Part shown: piece by piece, positions 9,501 through 21,263 of the stretch
Numbering within the stretch: the stretch's first letter is position 1
Layout: the number at the start of each line of letters is the position of its first letter
Assembly: GCA_003695625.1 (NCBI GenBank)
Contig: RFIB01000337.1
Span: forward strand, 1-49,845
Direction of reading: 5' to 3'
From: Acidobacteriota bacterium
GTDB lineage: Bacteria; Acidobacteriota; Polarisedimenticolia; J045
DNA length: 49,845 nucleotides
Position numbers and translations under genes: made by a program
Notes under the pieces: model-generated
Told to the model about the DNA's origin: nothing
The model's input: only the letters and a program-made list of their open reading frames with translations
Database searches by the model: none

Positions 9501-9530
9501 AATCTATATCCCTGCCCCCGACGGAGGCAA
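9501..9530 (-). promoter_or_regulatory. Candidate sigma70 promoter for the LysM gene
   Basis: Minus strand TTGCCT, 18-nt spacer, TAGATT, in an AT-rich patch. Confidence 0.4.
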
Positions 9531-9538
9531 CGGCTGTT

Positions 9539-10117
9539 TCAGCCTGTTTCGTTTTGTTCGTCCCGCGTCGCGGAGAGCGTCGCCGCGGTCAGGCCGGTGT
9601 CCCCGTAGCGCCGCTGCCAGGCGATCTCGAGCCCGGGCAGTTCAGGACAGCGGCCGGCGCGGTGCTCGACAACGACGAGGCTCGCACCGTCGAGCCAGCC
9701 CCGCCGCACGAGACGGCCGATCCAGCGCGGCACCACGGGGGCGTCCCACGGAGGATCGAGGTAGACGACGCCGACCGGCCGGGGGCCCTCGCCGCGGTCG
9801 AGGAACGCGCCGGCGTCCGCCGCCACGATCCGCAGGCGCGGATCGTCCGCCAGGCCGAGACGCTCGACGTTCGCCTCGATCACGCGCAGGGCGGCGCGGG
9901 CCCGTTCGACGAGCACGACCGGCTCGGCGCCGCGGGAGAGCGCCTCGAGCCCGACCGCACCGGTGCCCGCGGCAAGGTCGACGAACGGCCGGCCGGCGAC
10001 CGTCGATCCGAGCAGGTTGAACAGCGCCTCGCGCACGGGATCCGCCGTCGGGCGCACGCCGTGGCGCGGGGGTGGCGCGAGCCGGCGCCCGCGCAAGGCG
10101 CCGCCGACGATCCTCAA
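9539..10117 (-). CDS. rsmD: 16S rRNA m2G966 methyltransferase RsmD (TTG start)
   Basis: MRIVGG..RGRRL, RPT.D.VREALFNLL, DLAAGTGAVGLEALSRGA, YLDPPW, RRYGDT. Confidence 0.93.
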   Translation of the reverse strand: MRIVGGALRGRRLAPPPRHGVRPTADPVREALFNLLGSTVAGRPFVDLAAGTGAVGLEALSRGAEPVVLVERARAALRVIEANVERLGLADDPRLRIVAADAGAFLDRGEGPRPVGVVYLDPPWDAPVVPRWIGRLVRRGWLDGASLVVVEHRAGRCPELPGLEIAWQRRYGDTGLTAATLSATRDEQNETG

Positions 10118-10545
10118 CGCGGCTCGTCCCCGCCGGGATCCTCGGCCCTGCGGAACGTGGCCAGGGTCAGCCCCTGGGCGCCCAGGTCCCGCACCATGTC
10201 GATCACGGCGACGATCGTCTCGTACTGCGCGCGGCGGTCGCCGCGCACGAGGGCGACCTTGGGTTCCGCCTGGGCGAGCGCCTCGGCGACGACCGGGCGG
10301 GCCGCCTCGACGTCCTCGAACACCTTCCCGGCGACCTCGATCCGACCGTCCTGACCGATGCTGATCTCGACCGGCCCGCTCGGCTGGCTTGCCGCCGTGC
10401 CGGCGCTCGGCAGCGAGACCGGCAGTCCGGTGCCGCTCTTGAACGTCGTCGAGACGGTGAAGAAGATGATCAGCAGGAAGACGACGTCGACCAGCGGCGA
10501 CATGTCGATCGACGGTTTCTCCCGCCGGCGCGGCAGGAACTCCAT
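10114..10545 (-). CDS. exbD: Biopolymer transport ExbD/TolR family protein
   Basis: IDMSPLVDVVFLLIIFF (conserved TM Asp), VSLPSA, VRGDRRAQYETIVAVID; start re-picked at ATG 10545. Confidence 0.9.
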   Translation of the reverse strand: MEFLPRRREKPSIDMSPLVDVVFLLIIFFTVSTTFKSGTGLPVSLPSAGTAASQPSGPVEISIGQDGRIEVAGKVFEDVEAARPVVAEALAQAEPKVALVRGDRRAQYETIVAVIDMVRDLGAQGLTLATFRRAEDPGGDEPR

Positions 10546-10546
10546 C

Positions 10547-11233
10547 TCAGCGGTCCCCGCCCCCTGCGGCCGCGATCCCTTCGGGCTCCGCCGCCGCACG
10601 GATCGTCGACGCGGCCTCCGGCTGGGCGCTGCGCACGATCTCGTGGCACGCCGCCTCCATCGCCAGCACCAGCCGCTCGGCGCGCGACGACAGCACGTTG
10701 TACAGCACGAGGCTCGGAATGCCGACCGACAGACCGAACGCCGTCGTCAGCAGCGCGACGGCGATCCCCGACGAGAGCCCTTCGCCGCCCCCCGGACCGG
10801 TGAGCGAGATCGTGCGGAACACCTCGATCATCCCGAGGACCGTGCCGAGCAGTCCCATCAGCGGCGCGACCGAGGCGACGGTTCCGACGAGACCGAGTCC
10901 GCGGATCAGCCGCGGCGCCTCGCGCCGGCCGGCGTCGGCGATCGCCTCCCGCACCGCCTCGAACCCGTGTCCCCACCAGTCGAGGCCCGCGAGCGCAATC
11001 TCCGCGAACGGGCTGCCGTCGGCCCGGCAGACGGCCCGCGCCTCGTCGATCCGTCCGGCGCGCACCAGCCGCAGCACCTCGTCGACGGTCCGCCCCGGCA
11101 GCACGCGGCTGCGCCGCAGCATCCAGAACCGCTCGATGGCGACGGTCAGGGCGAGGACCGACGCGACCAGGATCGGCCACATCATCCAGCCGCCGCGCTC
11201 GAACAGTTGCCAGAGGGTTCCGAACACGCTCAC
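10547..11233 (-). CDS. exbB: MotA/TolQ/ExbB proton channel family protein
   Basis: GGWMMWPIL, TVASVAPLMGLLGTVLGMIEVF, LSSGIAVALLTTAFGL.VGIP; GTG start overlaps the helicase stop. Confidence 0.92.
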   Translation of the reverse strand: MSVFGTLWQLFERGGWMMWPILVASVLALTVAIERFWMLRRSRVLPGRTVDEVLRLVRAGRIDEARAVCRADGSPFAEIALAGLDWWGHGFEAVREAIADAGRREAPRLIRGLGLVGTVASVAPLMGLLGTVLGMIEVFRTISLTGPGGGEGLSSGIAVALLTTAFGLSVGIPSLVLYNVLSSRAERLVLAMEAACHEIVRSAQPEAASTIRAAAEPEGIAAAGGGDR

Positions 11234-12447
11234 CGGCCCGTCCTCTTCCCGCCACGGCGGCGCCCGCCGCCTCCGCCGCCGCGCTTGCGTCCCTCGCGGC
11301 GGCCGCCCGAGCGCTCCTTGCGCCCGAGATCCGTCGAGGGGATTCCCGGCAGATCGCTGCGCGGCACGGGCGCGCCGAGCAGCTTCTCGATCGCGGTGAC
11401 CTTGTCGCGGTCGGCCGGCGTCGCGAGGCTGAACGCCTCGCCGCGACGCTCCGCCCGGCCGGTGCGTCCGACGCGGTGGACGTAGTCCTCGGCGCTGCGC
11501 GGCAGGTCGTAGTTCACGACCACGTCGATGTCGACGACGTCGAGTCCGCGCGCGGCGACGTCGGTGGCGACCATCACGTCGAACTCTCCCTTGCGGAACG
11601 CCGCGAGCGCCCGCTCGCGATTCGCCTGGGACAGCAGGCTCGAGAGCGAGATCACCTCGTGGCCTCGGCGGCGCAGCGCCCGCGCCAGTTCCGAGGTCGC
11701 CTCGCGCGTGGCGGTGAACACCAGCACCTTGCGCCCGCGCTGCCGGTCGAGCAGCGCGACCAGCGCATCGCGCTTCGAACGCTCGGGCACGACGAACATC
11801 ACCTGGTCGATGCCCTCGGCGGTGACCTTTTCCGCCTCGATGCGGACGGTTTCCGGATGGAGCATGAACCGTTCCGCGAGCTGGGCGATCTCCGCCGGCA
11901 TCGTCGCCGAGAACAGCATCGTCTGCCGCGACATCGGCACGCGGCTGCAGATGCGCACGATGTCGTCGATGAACCCCATGTCGAGCATCCGGTCGGCCTC
12001 GTCGAGCACCAGGTACCGGATGTAGCGCGGACGGAACCACGCCGAGCCGAGGAAGTCGATCAGCCGGCCCGGCGTGCCCACGACGATGTCGGGACCGGCC
12101 TCCAGCTCGGCGCGCTGCGGGCCGAGCGAGGTCCCGCCGTAGAGCAGCGCGGTCTCGATGCCCAGCGCGCCGCCGATCTCGCGCGCCACGCCGCCGACCT
12201 GCTGGGCCAGTTCGCGCGTCGGGCAGACCACGAGCGCCTGGACGTTTCCGCTCGGCTCGAGCCGGTCGAGGATCGGCACGAGGAACGCCAGCGTCTTGCC
12301 GGTTCCGGTCTGGGCCACGCCGATCACGTCGTGGCCGCCGAGCGCCAGCGGGATCACCTGTTCCTGGATCGGAGTCGGTTCGACGAATCCGCGCTCGGCA
12401 AGCGCCTCGCGCAGCGGTTCGCGGATCGGCAGATCGGAGAACTTCAT
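11230..12447 (-). CDS. DEAD-box RNA helicase (RhlE/CshA-like)
   Basis: Q motif GFVEPTPIQ, AQTGTGKT, PTRELA, TPGR, LDEADRM, SAT, ARGLD, HRVGRTGR; basic Gly/Arg tail. Confidence 0.96.
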   Translation of the reverse strand: MKFSDLPIREPLREALAERGFVEPTPIQEQVIPLALGGHDVIGVAQTGTGKTLAFLVPILDRLEPSGNVQALVVCPTRELAQQVGGVAREIGGALGIETALLYGGTSLGPQRAELEAGPDIVVGTPGRLIDFLGSAWFRPRYIRYLVLDEADRMLDMGFIDDIVRICSRVPMSRQTMLFSATMPAEIAQLAERFMLHPETVRIEAEKVTAEGIDQVMFVVPERSKRDALVALLDRQRGRKVLVFTATREATSELARALRRRGHEVISLSSLLSQANRERALAAFRKGEFDVMVATDVAARGLDVVDIDVVVNYDLPRSAEDYVHRVGRTGRAERRGEAFSLATPADRDKVTAIEKLLGAPVPRSDLPGIPSTDLGRKERSGGRREGRKRGGGGGGRRRGGKRTGR

Positions 12448-12482
12448 CGTTTCGGTATCGATTCCTCCGGGGCGCGGCGGCG

Positions 12483-12491
12483 AGCATAGCA
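12483..12491 (-). promoter_or_regulatory. Candidate extended -10 promoter for helicase-exbB-exbD-rsmD
   Basis: Minus strand TG-C-TATGCT about 36 nt upstream of the helicase ATG; SD GGAGGA follows. Confidence 0.4.
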
Positions 12492-12515
12492 CCCGGGACG
12501 GCCGGTCGCCGCGCA

Positions 12516-13655
12516 TCAGAACTCGCCCCGGTAGCGCATCCATTCGAGCTGCCGCTCCATCTGGCGGGCCGTCTCGAAACGCGAGATGCGGAACCGCCAG
12601 GTCACGCCCTCGGCATCCCGCGGGAAGTCCTCGGGCAGCGGGGGGATCACCGCCCGCTGGATCGCCGCCGCGGATGCATCGTCGAGCGTCGGGAGGACCG
12701 ACGCGTCGAGGATGCGCAGGTCGCTGACGCTGCCGTCGCGGTGGAGCGTCACGTGGATCGTCACCTCCGCGTCGAGGCTCGGCAGGCCGAGCAGCGCCTG
12801 GTCCCGCTCGAAACGCCGGATGCGGCCGTGGAGTTCCCGCAGCCACGCCCGGTAGACGGCGAAGTAGAGCTTGGTCGAGTAGTCGCTCCAGTCGTAGTCG
12901 CGGCTGTCGAAGCGGAGGTTGTCGGCCCAGAATCCGCCGGTCGCCGGCACGTCGAAGTCGGGCGCGCGGCGGACGCGGGGCCGCTCCGGGGTCGAGCGGC
13001 GCGGCTGCTCCGGCGTCGGCTCGCGCTCCGGAACCGGCGGGAACGGCAGCGGCGCCTCCCCGGCGCGGGGCGCGTCCTCGGCGCGGGCCGGCGCCTCGAG
13101 CGGGGCGCCCGGCTCCTGCTCGGGAGCCGGCTCCGGCTCCCGCAGCGGCGGACGCCCTGACGGCGCGCTCTCGGCGGGCGCATCGGAGGGGGGCTCCGGC
13201 TCGGCGGGTTCGGGCTCCTCGGTCGGTCGCGGGGAGACCGGCGCGTCCTCGGGGCCCGGCTCCGGCTTCGGCGGCGCGTGGATCTCGTCCTCGGGTCCCT
13301 GGGGACGCAGCGGTTGTGCCTCGACCTCGCCCTCCGGCGAACTGAACCCGAGCAGGCTGCTGTCGGGCGACTCGCCGCTCTCGTCGCGTGCCGGCTGCGT
13401 CTCGTCGGGGGGCGGCTCGGCAGGGGCCGGTTCCGGAGCCGTCGCCTGCGGCTCGGGTGGCGGCTCCGGCTCGACGAACGTCAATGGCACCTCGACGGGC
13501 TGCTCCTCGGGCGGTTCCGGGGCCGCCAGCGCCACCAGTCCGGCCACGATCAGCACCAGCAGATGCAGCAGCAGCGAGACGACCAGCGCGACGAGGTACG
13601 CCGCGCGTTCGTCGCCGTCGGTCCCGGCGACTGCGAACCGTCCGGCCGCGGTCAC
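12516..13655 (-). CDS. TonB/TolA-like energy transducer
   Basis: TM with S-x3-H (VVSLLLHLL), long Pro/Glu-rich linker, TonB_C/TolA-type C-domain (VTLHRDGSVSDLRILDAS..PTLDDASAAAIQRAVIPPLP); GTG start overlaps the upstream stop. Confidence 0.82.
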   Translation of the reverse strand: MTAAGRFAVAGTDGDERAAYLVALVVSLLLHLLVLIVAGLVALAAPEPPEEQPVEVPLTFVEPEPPPEPQATAPEPAPAEPPPDETQPARDESGESPDSSLLGFSSPEGEVEAQPLRPQGPEDEIHAPPKPEPGPEDAPVSPRPTEEPEPAEPEPPSDAPAESAPSGRPPLREPEPAPEQEPGAPLEAPARAEDAPRAGEAPLPFPPVPEREPTPEQPRRSTPERPRVRRAPDFDVPATGGFWADNLRFDSRDYDWSDYSTKLYFAVYRAWLRELHGRIRRFERDQALLGLPSLDAEVTIHVTLHRDGSVSDLRILDASVLPTLDDASAAAIQRAVIPPLPEDFPRDAEGVTWRFRISRFETARQMERQLEWMRYRGEF

Positions 13656-14806
13656 GAGGGGGCCTCGCGCATCAGCTCGAGCACCGCGCCGTGGAACGCG
13701 CGTCGCCGGTCCTGCATCGGCGCCTCGCGCCAGCGCGGATGGACGCGGTTGGTCAGCAGCACGGCCACGACATCGTGCTCCGGCGAGATCCAGACGGATG
13801 TCCCGGTGAACCCGGTGTGCCCGAACGAGCGCGGGCCGAACGGCCCCGCGGGGGCCGACGGCGCCTCGCCGGACTGGAACGCGAACGTCCTCGATTCGTT
13901 CCCGCCCCGCACGCACGGCGTGCGCACCAGCTCGGCCGCCAGCCGGTCGAACGGTCGCGCGCCGGCTGCCAGCGCCGAGGCGACCGTGAACGCGGCCCGC
14001 GCGGTGATGAACAGTCCCGCGTTGCCGGCGCTGCCGCCGAGCAGCGCCGCGTTCCCGTCGTGCACCTTTCCGCGCAGCACGACGTCCGGACCCGGGACGA
14101 ACCGCCGGCCGAGCGGACTGTCCGGCCGTTCGCGCGCGGCGAGTTCCGCCTCGCGCACCCGGCCCCGCTCGGTCGGGGCGACGCGCGCGATGTCGCCCCC
14201 GGTCACGGGCCCGCAGCAGGCCTCACCGGAGTCGAGTCCGAGCGGCTCGAGCACCTCGCGGACGACCAGCGTCGCCAGCGGGACGCCGAAGCGCCGTTCG
14301 AGGGCGATGCCTGCGGCGATCGGCCCGAGGCAGGAATAGACCGGCTCGTCAGGCGAACCGCCCGCGGCGAGTCGTGCGATCAGCTCCGGCACGCGCTCCG
14401 GATCCTCGGTCTCGCGATACAGCGGGAACCACGCCGGCAGGCCGGCCCGGTGCGCGAGCAGGTCGGCGAGCGAGGGCGGACCGCCGGGCGCCCGCTCGAA
14501 CTCGGGCAGCTCGGCGTCGAGCGGCTCGTCGGGATCGAGGCGGCCCTCGGCCGCCAGGGCCAGGACGACCGCCCCGAGGGCCAGCGGCTTGGTCAGGCTC
14601 GCCGCGTCGTAGAGCCCGTCGACCCGCGCCGGCTCGTCCCGCGGCTCGACGGACAGCCGGCCCACGGCACCACCGAAGGTCGGGGCGGACGCGCCGATCC
14701 TGCCCGCCGCCCAGCTCGCACCGGGCCAGTCCCCGGCGCGGGCGCGCTCCGCCAGCAGCGCGTCGACCGGCGTGGACGAGGAGGAGACGGGAGGCCGGGC
14801 GTCCAT
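13652..14806 (-). CDS. Serine hydrolase, beta-lactamase class C / AmiE-like family
   Basis: ASLTK (SxxK), LLAHRAGL, YSC, G.VHDGNA..LGGSAGNAGLF, FGHTGFTGTSVWI, LLTNRVHP; no signal peptide seen. Confidence 0.85.
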   Translation of the reverse strand: MDARPPVSSSSTPVDALLAERARAGDWPGASWAAGRIGASAPTFGGAVGRLSVEPRDEPARVDGLYDAASLTKPLALGAVVLALAAEGRLDPDEPLDAELPEFERAPGGPPSLADLLAHRAGLPAWFPLYRETEDPERVPELIARLAAGGSPDEPVYSCLGPIAAGIALERRFGVPLATLVVREVLEPLGLDSGEACCGPVTGGDIARVAPTERGRVREAELAARERPDSPLGRRFVPGPDVVLRGKVHDGNAALLGGSAGNAGLFITARAAFTVASALAAGARPFDRLAAELVRTPCVRGGNESRTFAFQSGEAPSAPAGPFGPRSFGHTGFTGTSVWISPEHDVVAVLLTNRVHPRWREAPMQDRRRAFHGAVLELMREAPS

Positions 14807-14868
14807 CGGACCCCCATCTTCCGCGCGCCGCCGGTTTCGTGCCAGCCCCCGGGGCGGGCCGGCGCCGC

Positions 14869-15822
14869 TCAGCGGAACTCCTCCTGCTCGGCGCGGATCG
14901 CGTCCCGGATCGCCAGCGCGAGTTCGAGCGCGCGCAGGCCCTCCTCGCCGCTGCACGGACCGGACTCCCCGCGCGCTGCGGCCGCCGCGAAGTCGCGCAG
15001 CTCGATCCTGAGCGGCTCCTCCGCGGGAACGTCGACCTGGTCCATCACCACCTGGGGCAGCGGCCCGTCACCGGCGGGCGCGATGCGGAACACGGCCAGC
15101 GATCCGCGCGCCGTGTCGCAGCTCGCGTAGCGCCCGGGCTCGAACACGCGCACCCTGCGCACCGCCTCGAGGCTGATCCGGCTTGCGGTCAGGTTCGCCG
15201 CTGCCCCGTTGTCGAAGCGGAGCCGCACCGACGCGATGTCGATCCGGTCGGTCAGCGCGGGCGTGCCGCTGGCATCGAGGTGCCGGATCGAGACGTCGCC
15301 GATCAGGAACCGGCACAGGTCGAGGTCGTGGATCATCAGGTCGAGGATCACGTCGACGTCGAGGCTGCGCGGCTTGAACGGCGCGAGGCGGTGGATCTCC
15401 AGATAGCGCGGATCGGTCAGCCGCTCGCGCAGCGCACGGATCGCCGGCTGGCAGCGCTCGATGTGCCCGACGGCGAGGGGGACGCCCGCCTCGCGGGCCC
15501 GCGCGATCATCCGCCGCCCGGCCTCGCCGTCGGGAGCGATCGGCTTTTCGACCAGCACCGCCACGCCGCGGTCGATCAGCGGCGCCGCCGCCTGCTCGTG
15601 GGCCACCGTCGGTGCGGCAACCGACGCGATGTCGATCTCCCGGGCGAGCGCATCCGGATCGTCGAACGCCCGCACGCCGAAGCGGCCGGCGATCTCCTCG
15701 GCCCGCGCGCGATCGGTGTCGAACACGCCGACCAGGCGCGTCGCGTCCAGCTCGTGGTAGACGCGGGCATGGTGCTGGCCGAGGTGTCCAACCCCGACCA
15801 CGCCGGCCCGCAGCGGCTTCAC
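14869..15822 (-). CDS. Gfo/Idh/MocA oxidoreductase, GnnA-like (candidate UDP-GlcNAc 3-dehydrogenase)
   Basis: GVGHLGQHHAR, VEKPI, VGHIER, DVDVILDLMIHDLD, ANLTASRIS; GTG start overlaps the lpxA stop. Confidence 0.85.
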   Translation of the reverse strand: MKPLRAGVVGVGHLGQHHARVYHELDATRLVGVFDTDRARAEEIAGRFGVRAFDDPDALAREIDIASVAAPTVAHEQAAAPLIDRGVAVLVEKPIAPDGEAGRRMIARAREAGVPLAVGHIERCQPAIRALRERLTDPRYLEIHRLAPFKPRSLDVDVILDLMIHDLDLCRFLIGDVSIRHLDASGTPALTDRIDIASVRLRFDNGAAANLTASRISLEAVRRVRVFEPGRYASCDTARGSLAVFRIAPAGDGPLPQVVMDQVDVPAEEPLRIELRDFAAAAARGESGPCSGEEGLRALELALAIRDAIRAEQEEFR

Positions 15823-16628
15823 GGCGCGGCCCCGAGCCGGATCGGGATCACGCCGCGCTGCGAGCCACGGATGAACGCGATCATCTCGCGGACCTCCGGC
15901 ACGTGACCGAGCTCCTGCTCGACCGACGCGAGCGCATCTTCGCGGCGGGCCCCCGGCCGGAACAGCGCCCGCGCGGCGCGGTCGAGCGCGCGGATCGTGT
16001 CGCGCGGAAAGCCCGCGCGCTTGAGGCCGACGATGTTGATCCCGTAGCACAGCGCCCGATTGCCGACGGTCAGGCAGTAGGGCAGCGCGTCGCGCGTGAC
16101 GACGGAGTAGCCGCCGATGAACGCGTGGCGCCCGATGCGGCAGAACTGGTGCACCCCGGAGAACGCGCCGATCGTCGCGTGATCCTCGACAACGACGTGA
16201 CCGGCGAGCGTCCCCGCATTGGCGAAGATCACGTGATCCCCGATCACGCAGTCGTGAGCGATGTGGGATCCGACCATGAAGAAGCCGTCGTTGCCGATCC
16301 GCGTCACGCCACCGCCGCCGCGGGTGCCGCGATGCACCTGGCAGTACTCGCGCAGCACGTTGCGGTCGCCGATGATCACCTCCGTCGGCGCCCCGTCGTA
16401 CTTGAGATCCTGCGGCGGATAGCCGATCGCGCAGTACGGCCAGACGCGGTTGTCCTCGCCGATCGTCACGCGGCCGTCGATCGTGACGTGCGGTCCGATC
16501 CGCGTGCCGCGCCCGATGCGGACCTCCGGACCGATGATGCTGAACGGGCCGACGGACACGTCGTCGGCCAGGCTCGCGTCCGGGTGCACGATCGCGCGGT
16601 CGTCGATTCCCTGGAGCCAGTCGATCAC
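15819..16628 (-). CDS. lpxA: Acyl-ACP--UDP-GlcNAc O-acyltransferase LpxA
   Basis: Hexapeptide repeats, [44 protein letters not shown] start overlaps the fabZ stop. Confidence 0.97.
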   Translation of the reverse strand: MIDWLQGIDDRAIVHPDASLADDVSVGPFSIIGPEVRIGRGTRIGPHVTIDGRVTIGEDNRVWPYCAIGYPPQDLKYDGAPTEVIIGDRNVLREYCQVHRGTRGGGGVTRIGNDGFFMVGSHIAHDCVIGDHVIFANAGTLAGHVVVEDHATIGAFSGVHQFCRIGRHAFIGGYSVVTRDALPYCLTVGNRALCYGINIVGLKRAGFPRDTIRALDRAARALFRPGARREDALASVEQELGHVPEVREMIAFIRGSQRGVIPIRLGAAP

Positions 16629-17068
16629 GTGCGGTCCACCATCGCCGACATCAGCGTCGCCTCGGCGGCAACCTCGCCGTCGACCGTCGCCACCGCGCGC
16701 ATCTTCGCGGCGCGCGGGCGAAGGCGCAGCACGTCGAGCTCGAGCCGGAGCTGGTCGCCGGGGACCACCGGCCGGCGGAAGCGGCACTCGTCGATCCCGG
16801 TGAAGTAGACCAGCTTCTGCCGGCGGTCCTCGACCTCGAGCAGGATCAGCACCGCGGCCGCCTGGGCCAGCGCCTCGATGATCAGCACGCCCGGCATCAC
16901 CGGCGCGCCCGGAAAGTGCCCGAGGAAGAACGGCTCGTTGAAGGTGACGTTCTTGATCGCGACGACGCGCCGGCGCCGCTCGAACTCGACCACGCGGTCG
17001 ACCAGCAGGAACGGGTAGCGGTGCGGGATCAGCTCGAGGATCCTCGTGATGTCGATCGGCTCGCTCAC
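16625..17068 (-). CDS. fabZ: 3-hydroxyacyl-ACP dehydratase FabZ
   Basis: [55 protein letters not shown]. Confidence 0.98.
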   Translation of the reverse strand: MSEPIDITRILELIPHRYPFLLVDRVVEFERRRRVVAIKNVTFNEPFFLGHFPGAPVMPGVLIIEALAQAAAVLILLEVEDRRQKLVYFTGIDECRFRRPVVPGDQLRLELDVLRLRPRAAKMRAVATVDGEVAAEATLMSAMVDRT

Positions 17069-18120
17069 GTCGTCTCGTCCTCCTCGGCAGGCTTGCCGGG
17101 ACGCCGCAGCAGCGTCTTCCACAGCTCCGGGAGCCGGGCCTGGATCGCGGCCAGTCTACGCCAGCGGGACAGCGGCATCGCCGGGATGCCGGCGACGGCG
17201 GCCCCGGGCTCCACGTCGCCGAACACCGCCGTCTTGGCGGCGACGATCGCGCCGTCGCCGACGGCGACGTGGTCGGCGAGCCCCGACTGGCCGCCGACGA
17301 GCACGCCGCGCCCGAGCCGGCTGCTGCCGGAGAGCCCGGACTGGGCCGCGATCATCGCATCCTCGCCGACCTCGGCGTTGTGCCCGATCTGGACCAGGTT
17401 GTCGATCCGCGCGCCGCGCCGCAGCACCGTCTGCCCGAACGTCGCGCGGTCGACCGTCGCGTTGGCGCCGATCTCGACCCCGTCCTCGAGGACGACCTGC
17501 CCGACGTGCGGCACGCGGACGGCCCGTCCCGCGGCGTCGCGGGCGTGGCCGAATCCCGGCGCGCCGACGACCGCCCCGGCGAGCAGCCGGCAGGCGCGGC
17601 CGATTCTCGTGTTCGGGTAGATCACGACCCGCGGATCGACGACGGTCTCCTCGCCGATCTCGACGCCGTCGAGCACGACCGCGCCCGCCCCGATCACGAC
17701 GCGCGGTCCGACGACGACCTCTTCGCCGATCACCGCCAGCGGTCCGACGGTGGCCGTGGGGTCGACCTGCGCCGATGCGGCGACCCGCGCGAGCGGGTCG
17801 ATTCCGGGCGCGGGCCGCCGGACCGGGCGCAGGATCGCGATCGCCCGCGCGAAGTCGGCCTTGGGCGCCGGGGACACGAGCAGCGGACGGCCGCGGAGAC
17901 GGGACGCCGCGCCCTCCGGCACGATCAGCGCGCCGGCGCCCGACGACACCGCGTCGGCCAGGCGCCGCGTATCGTACAGCGCGGCCAGATCGCGCGGACC
18001 GGCGCCGTCGAGCGGCGCGACGTCCTCGATCAGCAGGTCCGCCCCGGTCTCCGGCCCGGGCAGGCCGAGTTCTCCGGCCAGCCGGCCCAGCGTCCGCGGC
18101 GCCCGATCGCGGGGAAGCAC
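17065..18120 (-). CDS. lpxD: UDP-3-O-acyl-glucosamine N-acyltransferase LpxD
   Basis: Hexapeptide repeats, [38 protein letters not shown]. Confidence 0.96.
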   Translation of the reverse strand: MLPRDRAPRTLGRLAGELGLPGPETGADLLIEDVAPLDGAGPRDLAALYDTRRLADAVSSGAGALIVPEGAASRLRGRPLLVSPAPKADFARAIAILRPVRRPAPGIDPLARVAASAQVDPTATVGPLAVIGEEVVVGPRVVIGAGAVVLDGVEIGEETVVDPRVVIYPNTRIGRACRLLAGAVVGAPGFGHARDAAGRAVRVPHVGQVVLEDGVEIGANATVDRATFGQTVLRRGARIDNLVQIGHNAEVGEDAMIAAQSGLSGSSRLGRGVLVGGQSGLADHVAVGDGAIVAAKTAVFGDVEPGAAVAGIPAMPLSRWRRLAAIQARLPELWKTLLRRPGKPAEEDETT

Positions 18121-18129
18121 CGCCCGCGA

Positions 18130-18663
18130 TCAGCCGTTGCCGGCCGACTGCTGGTCGACGATCCTGATCAGCTCGTCGGTGATGTCGATCGACGGCGAGA
18201 AGTACGGCACGACCTCGACCGGCAGCAGCAGCGTGTAGCCGTTCTTCTTGCCGTAGTCGCGCACCAGCTCGAGCATCTTGCGCTGCCACTCGAGCTGCGC
18301 CGACTCGACCTCGACCTGGAGCTCCTGGTTGGCCGACTTCTGGGCGCCCTCGAGTTCGACCTGCTTGCGCTGGATCCGCAGGCCGAGTTCCTTGCGCTTC
18401 TCCTCGGACAGGCTCGTCGACGTGGCGAGGAACTCCTGCTGCAGCGCCTGCAGTTCCTTCTGCAGCCCCTCGAGCTCCTTGCGCTTCTTCTCCTGCAGCG
18501 CCGTCAGGCGGGCCTTGATCCTGGCCCCCTCGGCGGTCTCGGCCGAGATCCGCTCGGCGTCGAACACGCCGACCTTGAGCTGCTGCGCCGACGCGGGCGC
18601 CGCGGCGACGAGACCCAGTCCGGCGCACAGGCCGGCGAGTGCGAGCATGCGCTTGATGGTCAT
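18130..18663 (-). CDS. skp: Periplasmic chaperone Skp/OmpH
   Basis: Signal peptide (ASA-QQ), LKVGVFD, coiled coil, KKNGYTLLL, IDITDELI; SD upstream; adjacent to lpxD. Confidence 0.9.
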   Translation of the reverse strand: MTIKRMLALAGLCAGLGLVAAAPASAQQLKVGVFDAERISAETAEGARIKARLTALQEKKRKELEGLQKELQALQQEFLATSTSLSEEKRKELGLRIQRKQVELEGAQKSANQELQVEVESAQLEWQRKMLELVRDYGKKNGYTLLLPVEVVPYFSPSIDITDELIRIVDQQSAGNG

Positions 18664-18824
18664 CCTTCCTGCTCCTCGTGGTTTCCGTCCCGATCCGGCG
18701 GCCGGGCCGCCCCCCCGGGCGACGCGCCGCACGGGCTGCGGGCCGCGGCCCCCGGTCGCGGCCCGAAGCGCGGATTCTAGCCCGAACGACGCTCCGGCGC
18801 CGCGCGGCGCGCGGGCCCGTCGGA

Positions 18825-21259
<2,435 letters not shown>

Positions 21260-21263
<4 letters not shown>

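Noticed and set aside
12960..13520. Repetitive GC-rich stretch as a DNA repeat array
   Set aside because: Explained by the Pro/Glu-rich linker codons of the TonB-like protein.
13652..14806. Beta-lactam resistance gene
   Set aside because: No signal peptide, and the motifs fit the wider esterase/amidase branch better than AmpC.
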